A stretch of 62,247 nucleotides of DNA, the filler included, from Basidiobolus meristosporus CBS 931.73 (Eukaryota; Fungi; Basidiobolomycota), in the NCBI GenBank assembly GCA_002104905.1. It is 3 parts of 3 records of this genome, joined end to end, with 100 filler letters (N's around TTAATTAATTAA, not from the genome) between each part and the next. Parts side by side here need not be neighbours in the genome. Positions count along the whole stretch, not along the records: positions 28,494 to 52,499 come from MCFE01000959.1; positions 52,600 to 62,247 come from MCFE01001321.1; 1 more part is not named here. The stretch is one strand, 5' to 3'. How positions within the stretch are numbered: position 1 is the first letter of the stretch; every line of letters begins with the position of its first letter. The notes beneath the pieces were generated by a model that was not told the origin of the DNA, did not search any database, and saw only the letters and a list, made by a program, of their open reading frames with translations. This document shows positions 48,242 through 62,039 of the stretch, piece by piece. Both the position numbers and the translations under genes were made by a program.

Positions 48242-51200
48242 TGTTGTAAGAGTCTTGGAGATACTGGAAGTGATTGGAAGAACAAGTAGATTATGTGGTT
48301 TTAACTTAATGATTTATTGAATGTAAAAGTAGTATTTATACTTTTACATGGTCTTGGCATTACAAACACGTAGAATAGGTTAAGGAAGGTCCCAAGAACA
48401 TGTGTGCAAAGTTTGGGGCTATTTGGACAACTTTGAGAATTTTCATGTTCTAGGTTCCTGGTATTTTGGTGAAAATATTGTAAGTAAATCCTGACAAGGA
48501 ATATGGTCAGTATTCTCTAGGATTTGAAGGTAATGATCCAAGTGACTAAGTTAGGTGGACATTTAGGTGGAATTACAAATTTTTACAACACTCCCACTTA
48601 GCTAAGTGTTCATACTGACTAGTCCTAATTTTGACCTAAGATATTTAAACTTGTCTCTAGCTAATGGTTTGGTAAATATGTCTGCAATTATTTCATCTGT
48701 AGGACAGTAAACTAAGCTAACTAAGTTATTCTCTATAGCTTCATGTACAAAATGATGTCTGATATCTAAGTGCTTGGTTATAGTGTGAGAAGTTGGACTT
48801 CTACCTAATTGTATACATCCTTGATTATCTTGAAATAAAGTAATAGGAGCTTTTTGACATAGGCCTGAACCTGTAAAAAGCTCTCTTAGCCACATTGCTA
48901 CTTTTGTAGCTTCACAGGCTGCCATGTACTCTGCCTCTGTGGTAGAAAGTGCTACAGTTGGTTTCTTTCTTGAATTCCATGAAATTGCTCCCTTATAGTA
49001 ATGGAAGGTGTATCCTGTGACGGATCTTATGTCTTACAAATTCTGTCCTCAATCTGCATCAGAGTATCCCACAAGATCCTGTTTTGAATCCTTATCAGTG
49101 TATCTTAAGCAGATATCAGTAGTTCCTTTTAGGTATCTAAAAATCTGCTAACTGCTGCAATATGATCAGATCCATAGTTCTGATTATGTTGGCTGACAAC
49201 TCCCACTGAATATGAGATGTCTGAATGTGTTCCATGCATGGTATACATTAGACTACTGACCATAGATTGATAAGGAAAGTCAGGGCTTTCAGATGGCACC
49301 AAGCTCTCTTGATTTGGTTGAGTTTTGACCAAGTTAATGTTTGTCACCATTAGGGTAGCTGCTGGTTTATAGTCTTCCATTTAGTACTTCTTTAGTATAT
49401 CTTGAATATACTTGGATTGGCTTAAGGTATTGGTCTAGGTACTTCTGTCTATGGAGAACTTAATTACCAAGTATTAGCTGAGTTCTCCTAGACCAGACAT
49501 CTTGAACTCTTTAGATATGTTGTATTTAGACACTTCCAATGTTGCTAGGTTATTGGTGGCTATAATAAGATCATCAACATATAAAGCTAATAGAACTGGA
49601 CTTGCTCATTCTGGCTTTTAGTATATAATACGTTCAGCATTACTCCTTTTGAAATTCAAAGATTCCAAATAAGAATCTGTCTTTTAATTCCAGGCTCTTG
49701 GTGATTGTTTGAGACCATATAGTGACTTTTTAAGCTTGCAGACCAAATGGGGGTTATCTTGGTCAGCAAACCCATCAGGCTGGCGTATATACACATCCTC
49801 ATCAAGTTCTCCATTCAAAAATGTAGCTTTTACATCCATTTAATGAATAAAAAACTAATATTTGGCTGCAATAGCCAATATTGATCTAATGGAGTTAAAC
49901 TTGGATACCGGTGCAAAGGTCTCAGTATATTCAAGTGCTTTTGTTTGGGAGTATCCTTTGGCCCCAAGTCTTGCTTTGTATCTTTCAATTGTACCATCAG
50001 CCTTGTATTTTGTCTTGAAGATCCATCTGCATCCAATTGATTTTTGGTTGATTGGTAATTTGACTAAGTCTCAAGTTTGATTTTCCATCAAGGCCTGATA
50101 TTCCTCAGTCATTGCAGATCTCCAAAACCTCATCTGAGGGCTATTTAGGGCCTCTTTTACAGTCTGGGGTTCATCAATATGGACTGAATAGGCATAGGCA
50201 AGTTTGTATCCTCATTGATATAGTAATTTGGGCTATTTCTGTCCAATTGGATATCCGGGCATTTGATACTAGAATGATCACTTCTGGGATAGTCCTGGGC
50301 ACTGATTCTGGCTGAACCATAGTTGTAGCGTGCTCTGGAGTGAAAAAAACTTCATTGTTTTGCTCTGATTCAATCCTGACAACTGGTGGACTTGAGATCA
50401 GATTCTTGTTATCATCTGATGTCATTTTTTGTAAAAATCTTGATTTTGATCAAACAACACATTCCTGGAGTGGATTAGCGTCTTTGCTTTGGTATTGTAG
50501 AGTCTGTATGCTCTACTCTCATTGCAGTAGCCCAAAAATATGAATCTTACACTTTTTGCTCAAATTTTGACTGATTTCTAGGCAGTTTCTTGGCATATGC
50601 TGTAAACCCAAATATTGTTAGATGCTCTGCACTTGGTCTGTATTCATACCATGCTTCAAATTCAGTAGAACTACAAAATGTTCTGTTATAACTCCTGTTT
50701 TTAAGATATACAGCAGTGGCAACTGTTTCCACCCAAAAATCATTGGATAACTGTTGATGATAGATCATAGATCTTGCCATAGCAATTATTATTCTGTTAG
50801 CAGGTTCTGCTACTCCATTTTGCTGTGGGGACTATGGTACAGTAGTCTCTTGCTTTATCCCATGAATTTTGTAGAAGTGGATGAAGAGTTTTGAGGTATA
50901 TTCTCCACCATTCTCAGAGCATATTTTCTCAATTTTTTCACCAGTTTCTCTCTCCACCGTGGACTTAAACTTGCAGAACTTAGACAGAGCTTCTTCCTTT
51001 CTCTTCTTGAAGTAGATTCATTTGTATCTTGTATAATCATCAATAAAGTACTTGAACACTTCATCCAGCCTAAGGATAAATTTTGCATAGGTCCACACAG
51101 ATCTGAGTGAATTAGATCTAATTTTTTCTTAGTTTTGATGAACCCAGAGCTCTTGAACAGCTGTCTGGCTTATTTCCCATATATGCAGGCTTCATAGTGC

Positions 51201-52499
51201 TCCAGATTAGCTGGGGGATAAATTTTTATTCCAGAAATTAGCTGATCTTTGATCATTTTGCGCAAATAATCAAAATTGATGTGCCCAAATCTCCTGTGCC
51301 AAAGCATTGGTGTTTCTTCATTTAAGTTACTTATATTGGCTCCCAAATATGATGTAATACAAGTCAACCTGTATAGATTCTGATTTCTGATACCCAAAGC
51401 AATACAGGTATCTTTTTGATTGGTGATCTTGCATCCAGAATTGTCAAAGCTGAAACTGAGTCCTTCTGCAGTGGCCTTGCTTACAGAGAGTAGGTTCTTG
51501 GCTACTTCTGGTACATAGAGCACTTCTTTGAAAGTCAGTGTATGACTTCCTTCACTACTTCTTAGGTTTACTTGGATAGTTACTTCTCCCAATGCATCAA
51601 GTGTTCTATTGTTGCCCATGAAAACCTTCTTAATTGGAATTTCCTGATATTGGGTAAAAATTCTTTTTGGTGTGTAAAGTGTTGAGATGCTCCAGAGTCA
51701 ATACATCATGTCTGAGAATCCTTGTTTGTGGGCATATTTAGACCAGATATGAATAGTCTTGCTTCAATTGTTGCAGCATTTCCATATTCAGGCTTTTTCT
51801 GCTAACTATCTTTCTTTGTGAAGCACTGGTTCCATGTGTGTCCTTTCCTTTTGCAGTAGTTACAAAACAGGTTGATGTTGCCTTTGTAGGCTCTTGGTTA
51901 CCGCCTTTGTTGGTTATCATACTTATTAAAGCATTTTCTTCTTCTTTCTTATTGGTGCTTGATTTTCTTAATTCTTCATCCAGGAGCCTTGCATATACGT
52001 AATTTAATGTCAAATCTTCAGTTCTGCAATCTAGGGCTGATACAAGACCCTGAATCTTGTCTGTCAGGCTATTCAGGATGGTAACTATCACATCCTCATC
52101 AGTAGTTGGTACACCCACAGATTCCATTTCATCTACCAGCATGGTAATTCTGTTAATTAGATTTTTCATTTCTTCTACTGGCAGCATCTTGGTAGTAAAG
52201 AATTTTTGTCTCAGATACATTTTCTTAGCAGCTGAACATGACTGGTAGGTGTCTACTAATGCCTTCCCAGCATTCTTTGCCATTTTTGCTCTTGGACATT
52301 GAATTAGCAGTATTTCCTTAACATTAAGGCAAATGAAGTTCAGTCACTTTGTTCTTTCTTCTGGTACTTTAAGGCTTCCTCTCCCATGTTTTTAGGAGGG
52401 CATTCTTCTCATATGACAATATCCCAAAGGCCTCTTTCTTGTAGCAGCATCATCATCTTCACCTTCCACACTTGGTATTTAGATCCTTCCAACTTTTCA
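48242..52499 (-). mobile_element. pol: Decayed Copia F element: 3' LTR 48242-48590, PPT, RH-RT-IN-PR-gag to the gap
   Basis: TGTTGTAAG...TTTTACAACA followed by CTCCCAC; DNQGCIQLG, WHRRFGH, gag LDEELRK. Confidence 0.9.
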
Positions 52500-52599
52500 N
52501 NNNNNNNNNNNNNNNNNNNNNNNNNNNNNNNNNNNNNNNNNNNTTAATTAATTAANNNNNNNNNNNNNNNNNNNNNNNNNNNNNNNNNNNNNNNNNNNN
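52500..52599. other. Artificial contig linker
   Basis: Same N44-TTAATTAATTAA-N44 pattern as 28394-28493. Confidence 0.95.
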
Positions 52600-53297
52600 A
52601 AGATGCCCTTTGATCCCAGCCAGATACGGATACCCTGGCTGACCATCAGCAGTGTCCTCCCCCACTCCCTGACTTCCTTGGCCACTTGGCCCATGCCAAT
52701 AGGTCTGCGGGTTGGTGCTTGGGATTTGATAGTCCAACACTGACTCTGCAGAGGGTGCAATGGGAATTGCTGCTGAAGTTATACCATGATTGAGTCCTGG
52801 TGGAGTGATACTAGGGAGAATGCTCTGTGAATGCCTAGTGTCTGGTGAATGTCAACCTGTTTAGCTGGAATGCTGCCCCCACCAGTACCCATTCACCACC
52901 ACATCTAACATTTCAATTTAGTCATGAAAGATGCTTCATTGGCAAAGGATTGGTCAACCCTGAAATTATCTAGACCACATGGTTGCTGCACCTGCCTCTA
53001 GGGATGACCACCACCTCAGACATGGTCAAGTGTTCAGCTCAACAAGTTACCCATCAGTATGTAGGATAGACCCCAAGAGATTTGGCACCTATGGGGATCT
53101 GGTTTCTCTCCCAATGGATTGCCTTGTTGTGAATAAAATCTTTCTTGTGCCCAGAGATTTCCATCAACTTGGACCACCCTTATGACCAGGTTTACCTGGG
53201 ATGCCATCACCAAATGTAAAGTACTCTGGATATGATACTTCCCAAAGTTGCCCACCAAGGCCATCCAAACTTTGCATCCACCTTGTGGGATCCTCCC
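52600..53297 (-). pseudogene. Possible Gypsy gag remnant
   Basis: EDPTRWMQ and CGGEW fragments resemble gag motifs; heavily decayed. Confidence 0.35.
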
Positions 53298-53643
53298 TGT
53301 TGTGAAAATTTGGAATTCCACCTAAATATTCACCTAACTTAGTCACATAGATCATTACCTACAAATCTTAGAGAATACTGACCAAATTCCTTGGGATTTA
53401 CTTGGAATATTTTCACCAAAATATCAGGTACCCAGAACCTGAAAGTTTGATAAGTTGTCCAAACAGCCCCAAGCCTTGCACACATGTTCTTGGGACCTTT
53501 CTTAGCCTATTCTATGTACTTGTTGTGCCAAGACCATGCAAAAGTACAAGTACTACTTTTACATTCTATAATTCATTGAGTGAGAACCACTTAATCTACT
53601 TGTTCTCCCAATCACTTCAAATATCTCCAAGACTCTTACAACA
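53298..53643 (+). repeat. Solo F LTR with near-TSD CTCCC/CTTCC
   Basis: TGTTGTG...CTTACAACA; the flanking pentamers differ by one C/T. Confidence 0.75.
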
Positions 53644-53658
53644 CTTCCAACATTGAGG

Positions 53659-55345
53659 ACTTTTATTGATGATTATACAAGATACACATGGGTCCACTTC
53701 ATGGAAAGAACACAAGAAGCTCTGTCTAAGTTCAGGGAGTTCAAGGCCATGTGGTAGAGAGAAACTTGTGAAAAAACCAATCAAATACACTCAGATAATG
53801 GTGGAGGATATACATCAAAGCACTTCATCCACAGGCGCAAAACTCATGGGATAAAGCCTGACACTACTATACCATACTCCCCACAGCAAAACATAGTGAC
53901 ATAGTGTGCAAACAGATCAATAACTGATATGGCAAGATCTATGATCCATGATCAGAAATTTTTCTATGATTTTTTGGTGGAATCAGTAGCCATAGCTGTA
54001 TACCTTAAATAGGAGTTATAACAGAATACTTTGTGATTATACTCCATTTGAGGCATAATGTGGATATAGACCAAGTGCAGAACATCTAAGAATATTTGAG
54101 CGCACACCATATGCCAAGACACCGCCTGGATATTAGTCAAAACTTGAGCCAGAAAGTGTAAGATGAATATACTTGGGCCACTGCAATGAGAGTAAAGCAT
54201 ACAGACTCTACACTATCAAAGCAAAGAAGCTGAGCAAGCCCAGGGATGTGTTGTTTGATGAAAATTCAAAATGCTCACACAAATGATATCAGATGATGAC
54301 AAAATCTCATCTCAAGCCCACCAATAGTCAGGATTGAATAAGAGCAAAACAATGAGACTTTCTCACTCCAGAGGACTCTACAGCCATAGTTCAGTTTAAA
54401 TCAGTGACCAGGAGTATCCCAGAAGTGAGCATTCCAGTGCTACAAGCCTGGAGATCCAAGCAGACCAGAAATAGCCTGGATTACTATTTCAATGAGGGTA
54501 CAAACTTAGCCTATGTCTATTCAGTCCATATTGATGAGCCCCAGACTGTAAAAGAGGCCCAAAATAGCCCTCAGATAAGGTTTTGGAGATATGCAATGAC
54601 TGAGGAGTATCAGGCCCTGATGGAAAATCTAACTTGGGACTTGGTTGAATTACAAACCAACCAAAAATCAATCAAATACATATGGGTCCTCAAGAAAAAA
54701 TACAAGGTTGATGGTACAATTGAAAGATAAAAAGCAGGACCTGTGGCCAAAGGACACTTTCAAACAAAATGACTGGACTATACTGAGACCTTTGCACCTG
54801 TAGCCAAGTTAAGTTTCATCATACTAATATTGACCATTGCAGCCAAATATAAGCTTTCTCATCATCAAATGGATGTAAAAGCTGCATTTTTGAATGGAGA
54901 ACTTGATGAGGACATGTACATGAACCAGCCTAATGGGTTTGCTGACCATGATACCCCCCATTTGGTCTGCAAACTCAAACAACTCTATATGGTCTGAAAC
55001 AATCACCAAGAGCCTGGAATTGCAAGGTGAGTTCTTATTTGGAATCTCTGAGTTTCCAAAGAAGTACTGCTGACCATAGTATCTACAACAAGCCAGATAG
55101 AGCAGGCTCAGCTCTATTAGCACTATAGGTGGATGATCTTGTTATAGCCACCAATAACCTAAAAATATTGGAAGAGACCAAGTTCACCCTATTTAAGGAG
55201 TTCAAGATGCCCAATCTAGAAGTGCTCAGCTACCACTTAGGGATAAAGTTCTCCATAGACAGAGGTATCCAGACTATCCCCTAAGCCAGCCTAAGTATAA
55301 TCAAGATATACTTAAGTACCAAATGGAAGACTGTAAACCAGCAGC
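53659..55345 (+). pseudogene. pol: Copia F fragment (integrase to RT)
   Basis: TFIDDYTRYTW; collinear with 59130-60840. Confidence 0.85.
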
Positions 55346-55349
55346 TATC

Positions 55350-56268
55350 AAAAGACTTTGCAGATCCTTAATATCTTTTGATCTTTAGGCATGGGTATAA
55401 ACACCACAGTCTCTCCCTCTCATGCAGTCATAGGTCTTTCTGTGGGCTTTATCTTTGGGCACTGTTGATGTGCTTCAAAGACTGTGAGGTGTTCCTCTGC
55501 TGTTATATGGGGATATGGCCCAGTTCTTCTTTGTGATATTGAGCTACTTAAGTTCCTTCTCTGCAGCAAAGATACTGCATTCTCTACCTAGGATATTGAT
55601 TATTTGACATGCATTATCTGCTCATCCAATTTGTGGACTATCTTGTGATATCTCTGAGCCTTAGCACCTATCCTGTAAGCCACTGCACCTAATTGCCTCA
55701 TTAATGCTTAGTAAGAGCTAACAGCATACTTGCTATATGGGCAGTGATGATGTTATAATATCCACTTGCTGGTATCCAACCAGATATACTGCATTTGCTA
55801 CAGTCTCATCTGCCTGAGCATTATGGGCAGCTTGTGGCGCTGCATTTATTCACAATTGCCTACCTGACTGAGAGCCTGAGGAGTGTGCATTATCACCTTC
55901 AGTGGCCACACTGTCAACATGGCCTTTTTTGGACTTAGCCCTGCGTGCTGCACTGAATATCAATGCAAGCTGTTGTCCACTGTTCTTCTGCTGCTGTTAG
56001 CAGTGGGGCTTGCTAAGGAACCAGACAACTTTGCTTTTTTTGCAGCATATAAACATGGAAGTGCATCAAACCAAAGGGGGAAATAGTGCTACATATACAA
56101 GTGTATATGGTGCTATAGCTTTATTTATAATGCCTACAATGGTAGGTCATCATTGAATCTACATTCATGCAAATGCAATATCCAAAATACAAGACTGTCT
56201 AAAATTCACATGAGTATGGACAAAAAAGGGATATAATTGCATTACAACATTGAGTGTTAAGCTGTTTG
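55350..56268 (-). pseudogene. Family G, copy 3 (5' part and upstream region)
   Basis: Reverse complement aligns with ~46600-47350. Confidence 0.6.
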
Positions 56269-56915
56269 TGTTGTAAGAATCTTGGAGATATTGGAAGTGA
56301 TTAGGAGAACAATTGGATTATATGGTTTTCACTTAATGATTTATTGAATGTAAAAGTAGTATTTATACTTTTAACTGGCTTTGGCATTACAAGCACGTAA
56401 AATAGGTTGAGAAAGGTCCCAAGAACATTTGTGCAAAGTTTGGGGCTGTTTGGACAACTTTGAGAATTTTTCATGTTCTGGGTACCTGGTATTTTGGTGA
56501 AAATATTCTTAGTAAATCCCAACAAGGAATTTTGGTCAGTATTCTCTAGGATTTGAAGGTGATGATCTAAGTGACTAAGTTAGGTGAATATCTAGGTGGA
56601 AATACAAATTTATACAACACTCCCACTCAGCTAAATGTTCATACTGACTAGTCCTAATTTTCACCTAAGATATTCAAACTTGTCTCTAGCTAATGGTTTG
56701 GCAAATATGTCTGCTATCATTTCATCTGTAGGACAGTAAAATAAGCTAACTAAGTTATTCTCTATAGCTTCACATATGAAATGATGTCTAATATCTATGT
56801 GCTTGGTTCTAGCATGAAAAGTTGGATTTCTACCCAATTGTATACATCCTTGATTATCTTGAAATAAAGTAATAGGTGTTTTTGACATAGGCCTAAATCT
56901 GTAAAGAGCTTTCTA
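56269..56915 (-). mobile_element. Truncated Copia F: 3' LTR 56269-56619, PPT, RNase H end
   Basis: ORF 56661-56888, DNQGCIQLGRNPTFHARTKHIDIRHHF. Confidence 0.85.
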
Positions 56916-57116
56916 AATCATCACCTAGCTGCAATTGTGACCTTGCACAAATTGAGTCAGATGAGTTTCTGGTGGCTTTAGGCACATTGCAGACTGCAGA
57001 ATAAAGCACATAGAGTGACAGCTCTGAAGCAGAAGGCTAACTGATGAATTGCAAGCCTATTTCCCCCAGCAACAGGTGAATGATGTGATGTTTTGGCTAG
57101 AGAAGTGGCATGTTTC

Positions 57117-60100
57117 TGTTGTAAAAATTTGTATTTCCACCTAAATATTCACCTAACTTAGTCACTTAGATCATCACCTTCAGATCCTAGAGAATACTGA
57201 CCTAAATTCCTTGTTGGGATTTACCCAGAATATTTTCACCAAAATACCAGGTACCCAGAACGTGAAAAATTCTCAAAGTTGTCCAAAAAGCCCCAAACTT
57301 TGCACACATGTTCTTGGGTCCTTCCTTAACCTATTCTACATGTTTGTAATGCCCAGACCAGGTAAAAGTATAAATACTACTTTACATTCAATAAATCATT
57401 AAGTGAAAACCACATAATCTACTTGTTCTCCCAATCACTTCCAATATCTCCAAGACTCTTACAACAGAATTAAGAAAATCAAGCACCAATAAGAAGGAAG
57501 AAGAAAATGCTTTAACAAGCAATGATAACCAACAAAGGAGGTACCCAAGGCCCTACAAAGGCAACAGCAACCTGTTTTGCAACTACTGCAAAAGGAAAGG
57601 ACACACATCAGACTGGTGTCTCAAGAAGAGAGATTATCAGCAAAAGAAGCCTGAATATGGAAATGCTACAACAACTGAAGATAGACTATTTATGTCTGCA
57701 CTAAATATGACTACAAACAAGGATTCTCAGATGTGGTATATTGACTCTGGAGCTTCTCAACACTTTACACACCAAAAAAGACTTGTTCTGTTGGATAATG
57801 CCACATTGAGCCATGAGTGCCAAATGATGCCATAGTGTGCCAGAGAGGCCAAGTGAGTCTATACATGGCCACAGAGTGTGAAACATAGATCTGCATCTTC
57901 ATGCAAAGCAGCCCCTGTGTTTCACCCATGATGCAGGAGAAAATCCATTTTTTGATGTTTTTTTGTGGATCAATATTGTGCAGGATGTATAAGAGCGCTA
58001 AAGGATTGAAGATATGCATCTGGTACTCAATACCCATGGCACTCTGAATCTAGCTCCTGTGGCTTATAACATGTCACAAAAATGCATGGCACTATCTTGG
58101 TCTACTGGCACTATCTGGCACTATATTTAATTATATGCCCTAAAGTAAGATAAATACAAAGCACTTATAGTGCCAGATAGTACCAGTGGACCAAGAGAGT
58201 GCCATGCATTTTTGTGACATGTTACAAGCCACAGGAGCTAGATTCAGAGTGCCATGGGTATTGAGCACCTCATGCATGACTTCAGTCCCTTTGTGCTCTT
58301 ACACATCCTGCACAAAATTGACCTAAAAAAAAAGGTCAAAAAATGAATTTTCTCTAACACAATGGGTGAAACAAAGGGACAACTTTGCATGAAGATGCAG
58401 AGCTATGTATCACACTCTGTGGCTAAGTATAGGTTCACTTGGCCTCTCTGGCACACTAAGGCATCATTTGGCACTCATGGCTCAATGTGGCACTATTCAA
58501 CAGAACAAGTCTAAAGAACTTTCACCCAATATCAAGAAATTCCAATTAAGAAGGTTTTCATGGGTGACAATAGAACACTTGATGCAGTGAGCAAAGGAAC
58601 CATCCAAGTAAATCTCAGAAGCAGTGAAGGAAGCCATACACTGACCTTTAAAGAAGTACCCTACGTACCAGAAATAGTCAAGAACCTACTCTCTGTAAGC
58701 AAGGCCACAGCAGAAGGACTCAGTTTCAGTTTTGACAATTCTGGATGCGGGATCACTGATCAAAATGGTGCCCATATTGCTTTGGGCATCAGAGATCAGA
58801 ATCTATACAAGTTGACTTATATTCCATCATATTTGGAAGCCAATATAAGTAACTTAAATGAAGAAACACCAATGCTTTGGCACACAAGATTTGGATACAT
58901 CAATTTTGATTATTTGTGTGAAATGATCAAAGATCAGCTAATTTCTGCAGTGAAAATTGATCTCCCAGCTAATTTGGACCACTGTGAAGCCTGCATATAT
59001 GGGAAACAAGCCAGACAGCCGTTCAAGAGCTCTGGGTTAATCAAAACTAAGAAAAAATTAGATCTAATTCACTCAGATATGTGTGGGCCTATGCAAAATT
59101 TATCCATAGGCGGGATGAAGTATTTAATCACTTTTATTGATGATTATACAAGATACAAATGAGTCTACTTCATGGAGAAACAGGAAGAAGCTCTGTCTTA
59201 GTTCAAGGAGTTTAAAGCCATGGTGGAGAGAGAAACTGGTGAAAAAATCAAGAAAATACGCTCTGACAATGGTGGAGAATATACCTTAAAACTCTTCATC
59301 TACTTCTGCAAAATTCATGGGATAAAGCAAGAGACTACTGTACCATACTCCCCACAGCAAAATGGTATAGCAGAATGTGCTAACAGAGCAATAATTGATA
59401 TGGCAAGATCTATGATCTATGATCAAAGATTATCCGATGATTTTTGGGTGGAATCAGTTGCCACTACTGTATACCTTAAGAATAGGAGTTATAACAGAAT
59501 ACTTTGTGATTCTACTCCATTTGAAGCATGGTATGGATACAGACCAAGTGCACAACATCTAAGAATATTTGGGTGTACAGCATATGCCAAAAAACTGGCC
59601 ACAAATCAGTCAAAATTTGGGCCAAAAAGTGTAAACTGCATATTTTTGGGCTACTGCAATGAGAGTAAGGCATACAGACTCTACAATACCAAAGCAAAGA
59701 AGCTGATCAAGTCCAGGGATGTGTTGCTTGATGAAAATGCAAAATTTTCACAAAAAATGACATCAGATTATGACCAAAATTTGATATCAAGTCCACCAAT
59801 TGTCAGGATTGAATCAGAGCAAAACAATCAACATTTTTTCACTCCAGAGGACTTTACAACCGTGATTCAGCCATAATCAGTGCCCAGGAATATCCCAGAA
59901 GTGATCATTCCAATATCAAATGCCTGGAGATCCAATCGGACAAGAAATAGCCCAAATCACTATATTAATGAGGGTACAAACTTAGCCTATGCCTATTCAG
60001 TCCATATTGATGAATCCCAGACTGTAAAAGAGGCCCTAAATAGCCCTCAGACAAAGTTTTGGAGATCTGCAATGACTGAGGAATATCAGGCCCTGATGGA

Positions 60101-61942
60101 AAATCAAACTTGGGACTTAGTCAAATTACCAATCAACCAAAAATCGATTGGATGCAGATGGGTCTTCAAGACAAAATACAAGGCTGATGGTACAAATGAA
60201 AGATACAAAGCAAGACTTGTGGCCAAAGGATACTCTCAAACAAAAGGACTTGACTATACTGAGACCTTTGCACCGGTAGCCAAGTTTAATTCCATCAGAT
60301 TATTATTGGCTATTGCAGCCAAATATAAGTCTTTTATACATCAAATGGATGTAAAAACTGCACTTTTGAATGGAGAACTTGATGAGCACAAGTATATGGA
60401 CCAGCTTGATGGGTTTGCTGACCAAGATAACCCCCATTTGGTCTGCAAGCTTAAAAATTCACTATATGGCCTCAAACAATCCCCAAGAGTCTGGAATTGC
60501 AAGATAGATTCTTATTTGGAATCTTTGAGTTTCAAAGGAATAATGCTGACTATAGTATATACTACAAGCTAGATAGAGCAAATCCAGTTCTAGTAGCTCT
60601 ATATGTGGATGATCTTATTATAGTCAGCAATAATCTAGAAACATTGGAAGAGACTAAACCCAGCCTATCTAAGGAGTTCAAGATGTTCAATCTAGGAGAA
60701 CTTAATTAATACTTAGGGATCAAGTTCTCCATAGACAGAAGTACTCAGACTATCACCCTAAGACAATCTAAGTATATTCAAGATATTCTAAAGAAGTACC
60801 AAATGGAAGACTGTAAACCGGCAGCTACCCTAATGGAGACAAACCTTAACTTGGTCAAAACTCAACCAAATCAAGAGAGCTTGGTGCCATCTGAAAGCCC
60901 TGACTTTCCTTCTCAATCTAGGGTTGGCAGTCTGATGTATATCATGCTTGGAACACGTCCAGATATCTCATATTCAGTGGGAGTTGTCAGCCAACATAAT
61001 CTGAACTATGGATCTGATCATATTGCAGCAGTTAAGCGGATTTTTAGATACCTAAAAGGAACTGCTGATATCTGTTTAAGATACACTTATAAGGATTCAG
61101 AACAAGATCTTGTGGGATACTCTGATGCAGATTGGGGATGGAATTTAGAAGACAGAAGATCAACCACAGGATACACCTTTCTTCACTGTAAAGGAGCAAT
61201 TTCATGGAATTCAAGAAAGCAACCAACCATAGCACTTTCCACCACAGAGGCAGAGTATATGGCAGCCTGTGAAGCTACAAAAGAAGCAATGTGGTTAAGA
61301 AAACTTTTTACAGATTTAGGCCTATGTCAAAAAACGCCTATTACTTTATTTCAAGATAATCAAGGATATATACAATTGGGTAGAAATCCAACTCTTCATG
61401 CTAGAACCAAGCACATAGATATTAGACATCATTTCATATGTGATGCTATAGAAAATAACTTAGTAAGCTTAGTTTACTGTCCTACAGATGAAATGACTGC
61501 AGACATATTTCCCAAATGATTAGCAAGAGACAAGTTTGAATATCTTAGGTCAAAATTAGGACTAGTCAGTATGAACATTTCGCTGAGTGGGAGTGTTGTA
61601 GAAATTTGTATTTCTACCTAAATATTCACCTAACTTAGTCACTTAGATCATTGCCTTCAGATCCTAGAGAATACTGACCTAAATTCCTTGTTGGGATTTA
61701 CTCACAATATTTTCACCAAAATACCAGGTACCCAGAACATGAAAATTCTTCAAGTTGTCCAAAAAGCCCCAAACTTTGCACACATGTTCTTGAGACCTTC
61801 CTTAGCCTATTCTACATGTTTGTAATGCCAAGACCAGGTAAAGTATAAATACTACTTTTACATGCAATAAATCATTAAGTGAAAACCACATAATCTACTT
61901 GTTCTCCCAATCACTTCTAATATCTCCAAGACTCTTACAACA
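57117..61942 (+). mobile_element. pol: Copia F element with two LTRs (57117-57466, 61594-61942), TSD GTTTC, lacking PBS and 5' gag
   Basis: GTTTC at 57112-57116 and 61943-61947; LTRs about 95% identical by eye; PPT GAGTGGGAG. The joined flanks match the CACTA N-terminal region at ~7560-7730. Confidence 0.93.
57779..58512. mobile_element. Foldback MITE (734 bp), TSD AAA
   Basis: Same family as 6611-7288; inserted just after the protease motif WYIDSGASQHFT; AAA at 57776-57778 and 58513-58515. Confidence 0.9.
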
Positions 61943-62039
61943 GTTTCCACTAATATCAGTAGTGGGGGCTTTGAGGATTTACTCCTACTTTTTGCCTGAA
62001 TCATTCTGGGATGCAACTTACCATGTACATGGTACAAGT
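61943..62039 (+). pseudogene. CACTA-like transposase N-terminal fragment, copy 3 (continues from ~56930-57116)
   Basis: VSTNISSGGFEDLLLLFA matches copy 1. Confidence 0.6.
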
